A stretch of DNA of 63,846 nt, the filler included, from Stramenopiles sp. TOSAG23-2 (Eukaryota), in the NCBI GenBank assembly GCA_900128395.1. It is 8 parts of 8 records of this genome, joined end to end, with 100 filler letters (N's around TTAATTAATTAA, not from the genome) between each part and the next. Parts side by side here need not be neighbours in the genome. Positions count along the whole stretch, not along the records: positions 27,015 to 53,889 come from LT649426.1; 7 more parts are not named here. One strand, written 5' to 3'. Of this stretch, positions 41,501 through 49,968 are shown piece by piece. Each line of letters opens with the position of its first letter. Position 1 is the stretch's first letter. Under the pieces are notes generated by a model. The model was given only the letters and a program-made list of their open reading frames with translations, made no database searches and had not been told where the DNA came from. A program made the translations under genes and the position numbers.

Positions 41501-43270
41501 CATCACAGCACTCCATTTTTTAGTTTCCCCAGATAATGTTAATAATTTTGATTGGGCTTGATCTACAATAGCTTTAACTCTCGATGCTGGTGGTGTACCT
41601 CCAGGCGAGGAACCTGGCACAATATGCTGTTGATCTTGTCCATTCAAAGCATTTAAATCCGCTTCAAATGCATTTTTATATACTAATAGAAGTGTTTTTT
41701 GATCTTTTGCTTCTGCCTCAGCACGACGTGCTTCTGCAACCATCGATAACCATACATCCAATTCATCCACTTTGATCGAATTTTTTTTCTTTGCCCCATC
41801 CTCCTGATTATTAGTATTATTATTGCCATCGTTACCAGGTGAGGAAATTCCTCCACTGCGCATTATAATGCGTTTTAACTCGCGTAACATACCTTCAATA
41901 TCACCTTTTTCTTCCATTAATGCCCAACGTTTTTGTTTCTCCAACTCAAATTGACGTTGTAATTGTTTTTGCTCCTCCCTGTTCTTTGCTAATAATAACT
42001 GTCGTTCTTTCTCATACTTTTTCGATTTACTCGATTTATCTTCCCAATTTTGATTCATATGACTTTTTAACTCTTGTAATTGTGCTTCATATTCTGCTTT
42101 CATTTTCATTTTTTCTTGATCTGCCAATCCACCACCTACATTCACAGGTTGAGTCGCCATTTGTTGTAATTTTTGCTTTAAAAGCGTAACTTCATCTTTT
42201 AATGCATCAATTTGCGTCATTTCTTCATTCTTAGTAGCTTCCACTTTGATCATTTTTGCACGATTTGCATAATTTAATGTAGACAATGATTCCTCCAAAT
42301 TATCAAGTGCTGGAGAGGTTGTTGCAAGCATACTACATAATGAATTACCTCCAAGTGAATTTTGCAATACACGTGTCAATTTACTATTTCTGTACGGTAT
42401 AAAGATTTTCTTCTTTCCCCCATGGTTTGCATTTTCAGCTAATGCATTGATAACATTACCTAAACTCATCAAACTTTTGTTAATATTTGCCCCTTCTTTT
42501 AAACGTGCTCCAGTAGCCTCTGTTTTCGATGCACGCTCTGAACCGGCTAAATCTACTAAATTCAATGCAGCAAATACTACTCGTTGTGGATTTGCAACAT
42601 CTTTTTGTTGAATTTTTAAAATGAAAATACTATGTGAGCGTGAACTACGTGCATTCATTTTAGTAGCAGATGCAGTTCGCATTTTATTACCTTGATCCAA
42701 TAATTCTTCAACTTTTTCCCAACTTTCAACAACAATGGTTCGTAAACCTTTCACGTAAATCCCTAGCGCTTTACTTTCTTTAATTTGTAAGCTATTTTCC
42801 TTACTTTTTGTACCAGCTTTACGCGTTGGGTCTAATAAATCATATATGATTTCATTATAAATTTCAAAATAAGAAGCCTCTACTAAAAATTGTTTTTCCT
42901 TCTTCTCTGTCTCCTCTTTAATCCGTTGAAATAATTTCCTATTTAAACGTGGAATGATACCTTCTTGCTCTGGTATACCAGTCATCGACCATGTTTTACC
43001 AGAACCAGTTTGTCCATATGCAAAAATTGTACCGTTGAAACCACTTAAAGCGGCATCCAATATCGGTACGCCTAAATCATTAAATACTAACTCCTGCTCT
43101 GTATTTTCACCATATACATAGTCAAAACCAAATTGATGAGCGTTACCATCTGCACCTTCCAAACGTATATTTTTTTTATCAACTATTTTCACACATCCTG
43201 GACTATTCATATTTTTCTCACGCTTATTAAATGGGCGACATCGTATCGCAACGGTGACATTATCCGGCAT
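38492..43270 (-). CDS. N-terminal-motor kinesin with internal IFT54/MIP-T3-type CH domain and long coiled coil
   Basis: YGQTGSGKT, NARSSRSH, LVDLAGSE, IPYRNSKLT; internal KPPLSTKLLTRPPFRYLDDLI...VVAGSESEKTNRMLQ. Confidence 0.92.
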   Translation of the reverse strand: MPDNVTVAIRCRPFNKREKNMNSPGCVKIVDKKNIRLEGADGNAHQFGFDYVYGENTEQELVFNDLGVPILDAALSGFNGTIFAYGQTGSGKTWSMTGIPEQEGIIPRLNRKLFQRIKEETEKKEKQFLVEASYFEIYNEIIYDLLDPTRKAGTKSKENSLQIKESKALGIYVKGLRTIVVESWEKVEELLDQGNKMRTASATKMNARSSRSHSIFILKIQQKDVANPQRVVFAALNLVDLAGSERASKTEATGARLKEGANINKSLMSLGNVINALAENANHGGKKKIFIPYRNSKLTRVLQNSLGGNSLCSMLATTSPALDNLEESLSTLNYANRAKMIKVEATKNEEMTQIDALKDEVTLLKQKLQQMATQPVNVGGGLADQEKMKMKAEYEAQLQELKSHMNQNWEDKSSKSKKYEKERQLLLAKNREEQKQLQRQFELEKQKRWALMEEKGDIEGMLRELKRIIMRSGGISSPGNDGNNNTNNQEDGAKKKNSIKVDELDVWLSMVAEARRAEAEAKDQKTLLLVYKNAFEADLNALNGQDQQHIVPGSSPGGTPPASRVKAIVDQAQSKLLTLSGETKKWSAVMEKVLSTAKRVARAMQMKLGPPPRSPTKNDGKTVNGNSTPSPSPSVSSQNSELPFGTIEDEVAQTRELLKDIVPGPKPPLSTKLLTRPPFRYLDDLISAVTKTTGFGKGLFVGLEPKEGQKQRSREVKVQYLDRLIICIGLGLGRPVDCVPSHVVAGSESEKTNRMLQHLAKVATDEKLNFDSLVERTLNGDKPKGHEVQQKLAKARKNGDGNDPNEADQYNGLPKEQGDVIQRALKMMRNIWLSSKTLQHFKRETSNMTKIGQPAAQLARTLRLEGKYWQEDDNDLSIKLNESATTVEPPVPLPPGAKAEQNEEKNERTFDGYLNAFNLLQGSLSRRIKKMHEDSKASKASNEAKLLELESAHSTLQRDLQAKDEAIEELTNNLKSLAAEKAKLQTSESEWRQKGEDMQREISRVESESEALKQSVSEGEYKIKELQESMKKSEEQRVENEKNTLVLKEHQIELESLNASLKAQLETSGEEQQAIEKMQGDLAAAKGKLEAARLDAERVEKDVEKLEETRDRLEEELSKSQIALSAAKSQCQDWEQKTMASEQNFKRLQEEHVAVSEENKKREEAIEVFKVKLEEASRERGNADAAKAKAMAEVINLKDRIKSMADESESTLAKQQESVELQTTVLSLQAEKKILVSRCDKLEAQLKNASSTESNSEKLKKEVELLTQRLTDMEDENAETVTVLTEERDAARRKEEEYYMELQTRLQDLEDTQAGYVDLSDRLNDKVDQIYDLEEKASNYKDQNEILLARALRAEADLASAKIELDRKPTNTAPLEGSNKEEKEEGEGNGNIGSSDKNKMDEEIAALHEELKTAKAEAIKLEERAAKAEGDLEQITIMEKEITDLKTKQNDLTIKYDEQSVKLRQAEEAAVNHMNTLAEHMKKSDDAINSLESQLDKARADVDKWENRAVEAEAELMEIEERKLDEKIAKEQREEAKKKKANSEFTGISEIADETIVGGSGINAVRHLQYGGVNNDDGDDNYDDDDFEKITI

Positions 43271-43842
43271 CTTATTTTAATATTTTCTTTTTTTTCTTTG
43301 TAAATATATATATATATATATATATTCTATTTTTGAATGCATATATGTCTGTGTACTCTTCTTCTTCATTTCTTTCTATTTATTGTTTTTTATGAATTTT
43401 TATTGTAATTGTGTAAATATTTTTCAAAATAATTATAACGTTTTCCCGAACGAAGAAAGAAGCTAGAAAGCCCTACTATTCTGTAGTCTATAAGCAGGAA
43501 ACCCCGCTATATATGCTATAATATTCCCATATACAGTATGTGGCAGCGAAAGCCCATCCTCATGCTGTTATATAATACCTGCTCTGTCCCTCTGTATAAT
43601 TAGCACTACTTAGGCCTGGATATTGATGCCTCTTCGAATTGTTCCATGGTATAGTAGCAGTATATATAGTAGAGACAATTATTATTTGATGCATCATTTT
43701 TTTATTATAGATTTTTGATATAGAAAAAATAAATACAAAAGATAAATAATAGAAAGAATTCATCCTCCTGTATCCTAGATATATATACAGTATATAAATA
43801 CATCAACAATAGCAGCAACAGAAAAAAGACAATATTAATATT

Positions 43843-43989
43843 ATGCCACAAGAGCAAGAATACAATTATATAGTGGATAAAAAGCTTGGTGTAGCTTTGG
43901 TTGGTTTGGTTCTTGGATTAGTTGGTATTATTGCATTATTAGTCGGACAATATTCTACACCAGCAGTCCCATCAAAAAAGAAAGAATAA
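43843..43989 (+). CDS. 48-aa single-TM microprotein, OST4-like (missing from the ORF track)
   Basis: MPQEQEYNYIVDKKLGVALVGLVLGLVGIIALLVGQYSTPAVPSKKKE*; I-x-D-x-x-L, one TM and a PxKKxE tail resemble OST4. Confidence 0.6.
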   Translation: MPQEQEYNYIVDKKLGVALVGLVLGLVGIIALLVGQYSTPAVPSKKKE

Positions 43990-43999
43990 AAAAAAAAAG

Positions 44000-44578
44000 A
44001 TGATGGAGTCGATTAAAAAAGCATTGATTCCATTTATTCCACCTCCAATGAGAGGATTAACTTGCAATTCTGTGTTTATATTATTTGAAGCTATTGTTAA
44101 AGCTTTAAAGTTTCTGTTTCAACAATTCTTTTTTGTACATAGAGTTAAATTTATATACTTCATAGTCTGGTTAGTTGTATGGTTAATTGCAATCCATCGT
44201 TATGATTTTGGTGCGTTATATTTTATGATATCTACATTAATATTTATGCTATATAATTTAGGATCAAGGAAAGATGGAACTTTATCGGCATATTCTGTAT
44301 TCAATCCTAGAGGCGTTCGGTTATTAGGGCAATTAGATGCATCAAATTTTGAAAATGAAATTAGACATCGTAATAATAATTTTGATGATGATGATGATAA
44401 TGATGTAAATGATTTTATGATGATGAATGATGACAACAACAATAATAATAATCGTGATGGTGCAACAAAAAGAATTAAACGTGGTAATAGTAAAAAAGCA
44501 CGAAGAGCAGAAGCAAAACGTAAGAAAAAAATGATGATGACACAAAAAAATACTAATAATAATAGTGATAATGAGTAA
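44000..44578 (+). CDS. SAYSD1: SAYSVFN-motif protein
   Basis: TM hairpin, then LGSRKDGTLSAYSVFNPRGVRLLGQL. Confidence 0.9.
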   Translation: MMESIKKALIPFIPPPMRGLTCNSVFILFEAIVKALKFLFQQFFFVHRVKFIYFIVWLVVWLIAIHRYDFGALYFMISTLIFMLYNLGSRKDGTLSAYSVFNPRGVRLLGQLDASNFENEIRHRNNNFDDDDDNDVNDFMMMNDDNNNNNNRDGATKRIKRGNSKKARRAEAKRKKKMMMTQKNTNNNSDNE

Positions 44579-44693
44579 AAAATATAAAATATATATTATG
44601 TGACGTAATTTAAAAATGTTTTTTTAACATGTTCAGTAATATACGCTATGTTCCGTAGTAAATTTTTTTAATCAAAATCTTATACATTCAATG

Positions 44694-45593
44694 TTACAAT
44701 TTACATTTCTTCAAGATATTAGCAGCTGCACCTTTATCAATAAACCAATGGACATCATTACTTTCTTTTTGTACAATACTTGAAGGTAATAAAGGACTAC
44801 CATCTGTACCAACAGCACTTTCGTATTGAACAACATTATTCTCTTTCTCATACGATAAATTAAGAGTTGCGTGTAACAAAACCATTTCAATTGTCTCTGC
44901 TTTACCATCACCAGCTGCAACAAATGCAATTTGATTGGCTAAACGTATAGTTGGTAATGTCAATGTAATTCTTTTAGGTGGTGGTTTTGGTGAATCAACA
45001 ATCGATGCAACCCATTTTTTATTTTCATTTAATAAAGGATGACCTGGAAACAATGATGCCGTATGACCATCTGGTCCCATACCTAACAATATCAAATCAA
45101 ATACAGGTTTATCACTTCCAGTCGCTTTTAACAACGCTGCTTCGTATTGAGCAGCACATTCATCTGGAGATAAATTTGCATCTACTGTGTAAATTTGATC
45201 TCTTGGTATATTTACCTTTGAAAATAGATTTTCATTACAACCTAAAAAATTACTATCTTCATGGTCCAAAGGCACAATACGTTCGTCAGCGAAAAATACG
45301 TGCCATTTTGAAAATTCAACACTTTTATTATCCACAATACCAGAGGCCAGTAATTTCGGTAATGATCCCCCGGATATTGCTACGACAAAGCGTCCATGTT
45401 TTGCAATAGCCTTTGCAGATGCTTCGGCTACAAATGCACCAGATAATGCACCAACATTATCTTTTGTATCAGCAACGTGAACTTGTACCATATTAATATG
45501 AATTAAATGATGATAATGAAAGAAATATGCAATAAATAATGGTAGTACAACGATTAAAAAATTAAATACAGGCGACGATATATCTGTTACCAT
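44694..45593 (-). CDS. PGLS: 6-phosphogluconolactonase (second in-frame Met at 45491)
   Basis: VAISGGSLP, FFADERIVP, LILLGMGPDGHTASLFP, DSPKPPPKRITLT. Confidence 0.95.
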   Translation of the reverse strand: MVTDISSPVFNFLIVVLPLFIAYFFHYHHLIHINMVQVHVADTKDNVGALSGAFVAEASAKAIAKHGRFVVAISGGSLPKLLASGIVDNKSVEFSKWHVFFADERIVPLDHEDSNFLGCNENLFSKVNIPRDQIYTVDANLSPDECAAQYEAALLKATGSDKPVFDLILLGMGPDGHTASLFPGHPLLNENKKWVASIVDSPKPPPKRITLTLPTIRLANQIAFVAAGDGKAETIEMVLLHATLNLSYEKENNVVQYESAVGTDGSPLLPSSIVQKESNDVHWFIDKGAAANILKKCKL

Positions 45594-45743
45594 CTACTAT
45601 CTTATGCTTACAATAAGTATAACTATATAACTATATATCTATATGTATATGTTCTTCTGCCTTTTCTTTCTCTGATTTCTATCTTCTATTCAATTTATAT
45701 ATAATTACATAAAAAATATCTTTTCGGTCTTCTCTTCTTGCTT

Positions 45744-45885
45744 TAGCCAGCCGGGGCCCCAGCCGGCCATGGTTAGCTCAAGGGGGAGCTAGCCAGCTAG
45801 CTGGTTTAGGTTAGCCTGGTTAGCTGGTTAGCCAAAGTTAGATTTTTTTTGCGGTTGGCACGTTGCGAGGTTGCGATTACCTGGA
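45744..45885. promoter_or_regulatory. GC-rich AGCC/GGCT and CCWGG motif cluster in the divergent PGLS/MYND intergenic region
   Basis: agccagccggggccccagccggcc...agctagccagctagctgg...agcctggttagctggttagcc inside very AT-rich DNA. Confidence 0.45.
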
Positions 45886-46175
45886 ATAATTACCACAGTA
45901 GTTCAATAGTACCACGTGGTAGGTCCTACCTATGTTAAGTGCTATACAATACACTACTAAATACTAATACTTGCACTTTCTCACTCGGCCTATCTGTGAT
46001 AAAATTGATGGCAAAACACCCCAACCACAGCAAAAAATAATCGTAGATGGTATATTAATAGATAGATAGATGTATAGATGTACAGATGTAAGATCAATCG
46101 TGTGACTACTGCTTAATGAAGATATTTTAATCAATCAGTTATAACATTGTAGTCTATTAAATTATTTATTTTCAA

Positions 46176-47792
46176 ATGACATCGTTAACAAAAGATATGA
46201 AGCCACCACCTGCACCTCAACAAAATATTTCAACAATTATACCTCCTAGTAATAATAATACTACATCACCAAATAATAATACAAATGATAAAAAAGTTTC
46301 AACTTACGGTATTTGCTTTCATTGCTCAAAAATAGGTGATAATCTCAAATGTTGTAGTGGTTGTAGAGCCGCGTGGTATTGTTGTATAGAACATCAAAAA
46401 TTAGATTATCCAAAACACAAAAGTGAATGTAGAGCACTACGAAAATTGCGTAAAAAAGAAAAGAAAAATAAATTAACAGTAGAGTCATGTAAAAAATTAA
46501 TTATACATTGTATAGATGAAATTACAAAGATACAAGATATGAAAAATTTGATGGAAGCATCTAAAGTTGAAATAACGGAATATTTGAAACAAATTGAAAA
46601 GCTACGGGCATCTTTTCTTGAAATAGTTACATGGGACCAACATATAAAATGTTTGAATCATATTGAAATTGATGAATTATTATTTGTAACTTCCTATCGA
46701 TTTTGTTTATTGAAACATTCAGATATATATCAAACTTTCTATAGTATGGAAAAAAATAATGCTTGTGTCGAAGTAGTTAATAGAAATTATTTACGTGGTG
46801 CAATGTATGAAAAATTTTGGTTTGAAAAATCTGGTTTTGCATCAAATAATGAAGAAGCAATTGAAGATATATCTTTATTTCATGCTGAAAAGGAAAAATT
46901 ATTAGGTGAAATTTCATTATTGCAACAGGGTGGAGCAGATGCTGCGTACTATCATTACTTGGCTGCATGTAAAATAAATGATCAAATTAATCAACAATTA
47001 TTATTATTATCTTCATCCACGATGCAAGAAAAAGATAATAATGATGGCAGTAGTATTAACAATGATAAAACAAAATATGAATTTAAAAGAAAATTATGGT
47101 CTACTCGAAATGTATATTATAATATGAAAGATGCAACAAATAATGGTGCAATACTACGTAAGATGATGCATTGTATGGCAAGACAAGAAAATTACGAAGG
47201 TGCAGATGCTATATATGAGCAAGCTGTTAAAGCATTTGATGAGTTGGAAGAAGAAGAAGTAGTAATTGGAGATAAGGGTAATAGAATAGGAGGTAAGGAA
47301 GGCAAGTTAGCTGCTTTGAGATTTGAGCGAGCCGCTATGTATCAATTTGGAGCAATGCAAATAATGCAAAATGCAAGCGATCTTTTAAAAAGTGGTAAGA
47401 AGAAAGATATGGCAGAATATAAAGAAACTTTAGAAGTAATGCAACAGGAAATGATTGAATTAATTCAAAAATCTGCAAAAGAATTTATTTTTATTATTGC
47501 AGATGCCATGGAGCGAGAAGATAAAGAAATGTGGTCCAAAGCGATTGGTGAATTGGCAAAAACATATTTAATGATCCCTGGTACAGCTGGAAAAAAAAAA
47601 GCAGATCATTATGCAAAAGAAGTGCTTAAAGCACATTGTTGTGGTGATAAATGTATTGATACAATATTATGTAAACAAATCTTAGCAGTAAATCATCCAC
47701 GTAAAATTGATATGCATAAAATATTTAGAGGTATAAAACCGTCAGAGGAAATGTGTAAAATAAAAATGGTGAATGTATTTCCAGATGTATAA
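46176..47792 (+). CDS. MYND zinc-finger protein with helical C-terminal region
   Basis: CFHC...CSGCRAAWYCCIEHQKLDYPKHKSEC. Confidence 0.85.
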   Translation: MTSLTKDMKPPPAPQQNISTIIPPSNNNTTSPNNNTNDKKVSTYGICFHCSKIGDNLKCCSGCRAAWYCCIEHQKLDYPKHKSECRALRKLRKKEKKNKLTVESCKKLIIHCIDEITKIQDMKNLMEASKVEITEYLKQIEKLRASFLEIVTWDQHIKCLNHIEIDELLFVTSYRFCLLKHSDIYQTFYSMEKNNACVEVVNRNYLRGAMYEKFWFEKSGFASNNEEAIEDISLFHAEKEKLLGEISLLQQGGADAAYYHYLAACKINDQINQQLLLLSSSTMQEKDNNDGSSINNDKTKYEFKRKLWSTRNVYYNMKDATNNGAILRKMMHCMARQENYEGADAIYEQAVKAFDELEEEEVVIGDKGNRIGGKEGKLAALRFERAAMYQFGAMQIMQNASDLLKSGKKKDMAEYKETLEVMQQEMIELIQKSAKEFIFIIADAMEREDKEMWSKAIGELAKTYLMIPGTAGKKKADHYAKEVLKAHCCGDKCIDTILCKQILAVNHPRKIDMHKIFRGIKPSEEMCKIKMVNVFPDV

Positions 47793-48235
47793 AACAAAAA
47801 AAGAGTATCTCTAGATATATATATATATAATCAACACACTAAATAAAAAAGGAGGGAAAGGGGGGTAGAGAGAATTTAAAACATACACACTTTTTTCTTT
47901 TGTCTACGAATTAAAGTACGGTGGTGTTGTATTTAAAAAAATATTTAAATGTACTATGATATCATATCATACATATGATATGATACGACACATCCATATT
48001 TTTTACATATATTTAATAAATATACATTATATATACTCTCTTCTCTTATATATTTTAAATGTAAAAAAAGAAAACACACGTCAAATATTTTTTTCTTCTT
48101 TTCTTCTTCTCCTTTTGTTTCGTTTTTTTACTTTTTTTTAAAAAAATATAATGTTTAATATTTTACGAAAAGTTCGTACGTTTTATACATGTACATTTCA
48201 TAATACGGATCGAAAAAAAAAATTGGTTAAAGTTT

Positions 48236-49555
48236 TTAATATATAAGCCTCCTATTATTGTTACCAGTTGGTTGTACTGTTTGCTGTTGAATGTGTTGAC
48301 TCTGAATTTGTAATGGTTGTATCATTTGTCCTTGTATTACTTGACCTTGTGGTTGTATCACCTGCCCTTGTATTACTGGACCTTGCGGTTGTATCATTTG
48401 CCCTTGCCTTATTTGCATAACCTGGCCTTGCGGTTGTATCATTTGTCCTTGCCTTACTTGCATTACCTGGCCTTGCGGTTGCATCTGCATCCCAACTTGT
48501 TGGCCGCCACGCATCATATTTCCTTGTTGCTGTGGTGGTTGACTGTACGGTGCCATCATGACTTGGCCTTGTTGTTGTGGTGACTGACTATATGGTGCCA
48601 TCATGATTTGTCCTTGCTGTTGTTGATTTTGTTGTACTACCCTAATTTGATTTTGATTTACCAATTGTAAATTATTTTGTCCATATTGTCCTTTTAAAAC
48701 AAAACATATCCATGCAGGTGTATGTTTAGTTGGATAGATATACTGAGTATAAATTTGCAAACTTTCCCATGGCTTGAAAAGGGCAACAATCTTTTTACCT
48801 GATCTTCGGCTATTGTAACAAATCCATATCAAAGGAGTGATTGTAAACATGATCATAAGTGGTATAAAAAGCGCAAGTAACCACATAGTTGATTCACGTT
48901 TAGTTATATTCCCACTTAAAAATGTTTCGCCTCTACAAATTTTCTCTTTCTTTTTCCCTTTATTGTTCTTTTTTTTTAACTCTCTTCTTTTGTTTCCATT
49001 GTCATAATTATCGTCATCTTCCTCCTCATCGCTTTCTCCGCATTCACAACCCCTGTTCTTTTCTTCCAGTTTAAATCCACGTCTATCACTTACCTGTCCC
49101 TCAAAATGATGACGGTCCGTAAAATTTTTACTACAGCCAGCATTTTGTAATGTAGTAATATCATAGTCGTCGTCTATTTTTTCTGCTTTCGGATGTAAAC
49201 AACAATACAGTTGGCAAGCTTCAGGTTGACATACATCTGTTGTAGAATTACATACAATTTTTGAATTACATGCAACAGATCCAGGCTCTACAAATCGCAT
49301 AGGAATAATGGCTACTTGTGAGAATATTATCATTAAAATCACTGCATACAATACCGTTTTTCTACTCGACCGCAATATATTGCTCGCCGCTTGTAGTTTC
49401 TCTCTTATTTCATTTTGTGGTACTAACCCACCTATTCTTGGGTCATTTATTATTTCGTTTGGGTCAAAATGAGGTTCACGACAATCACAATTTTGTCCAC
49501 CGCCTTGCTGTCTTATTTTAACCACATTTGGACCAGATGGATGAACTTGTCCCAT
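48236..49555 (-). CDS. Two-TM protein with Cys-rich loop and Gln/Pro/Gly repeat tail
   Basis: Likely start MGQVHP at 49555; two hydrophobic segments; repeated QGQ(V/M)IQP tail. Confidence 0.7.
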   Translation of the reverse strand: MGQVHPSGPNVVKIRQQGGGQNCDCREPHFDPNEIINDPRIGGLVPQNEIREKLQAASNILRSSRKTVLYAVILMIIFSQVAIIPMRFVEPGSVACNSKIVCNSTTDVCQPEACQLYCCLHPKAEKIDDDYDITTLQNAGCSKNFTDRHHFEGQVSDRRGFKLEEKNRGCECGESDEEEDDDNYDNGNKRRELKKKNNKGKKKEKICRGETFLSGNITKRESTMWLLALFIPLMIMFTITPLIWICYNSRRSGKKIVALFKPWESLQIYTQYIYPTKHTPAWICFVLKGQYGQNNLQLVNQNQIRVVQQNQQQQGQIMMAPYSQSPQQQGQVMMAPYSQPPQQQGNMMRGGQQVGMQMQPQGQVMQVRQGQMIQPQGQVMQIRQGQMIQPQGPVIQGQVIQPQGQVIQGQMIQPLQIQSQHIQQQTVQPTGNNNRRLIY

Positions 49556-49968
49556 AGTTATATTTCGATAATACAGGTTGTTTATGTTCAATAAATGAAT
49601 ATGTGTATATATGTATACTGTGTGTATATATTATACATTGTTTCGTCATACCACCATATATAAAACTAGTAATTATAAAAATGTCGTGCATGCCAGCCAG
49701 CCGGGCCAGCCAGCACGCAATGTGCATGTCGTCGTGCATAATTTTATATACTGTATTCCATAGTATTAATACCTGGTAGTACCTCCTTACCACCAGTACT
49801 AGTCTTACTTAATAGAATACTAATTATTAGTATATTATACCTATAAGAAAAGCCACAGGTTAGGATATAAATATGATAGTATTAAGTACTATTTATATGC
49901 TATTTTTCTATGACTCTCTGACAATGGAAAACACAAAACACACTATAACTCAACCAAATCTCCAATCT

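Noticed and set aside
39660-41561. Long plus-strand ORFs (382 and 211 aa) and other antisense or shifted ORFs inside large genes
   Set aside because: They are shadow frames of the kinesin, TPX2, GCNA and BEACH genes, rich in Ser/Phe and without motifs.
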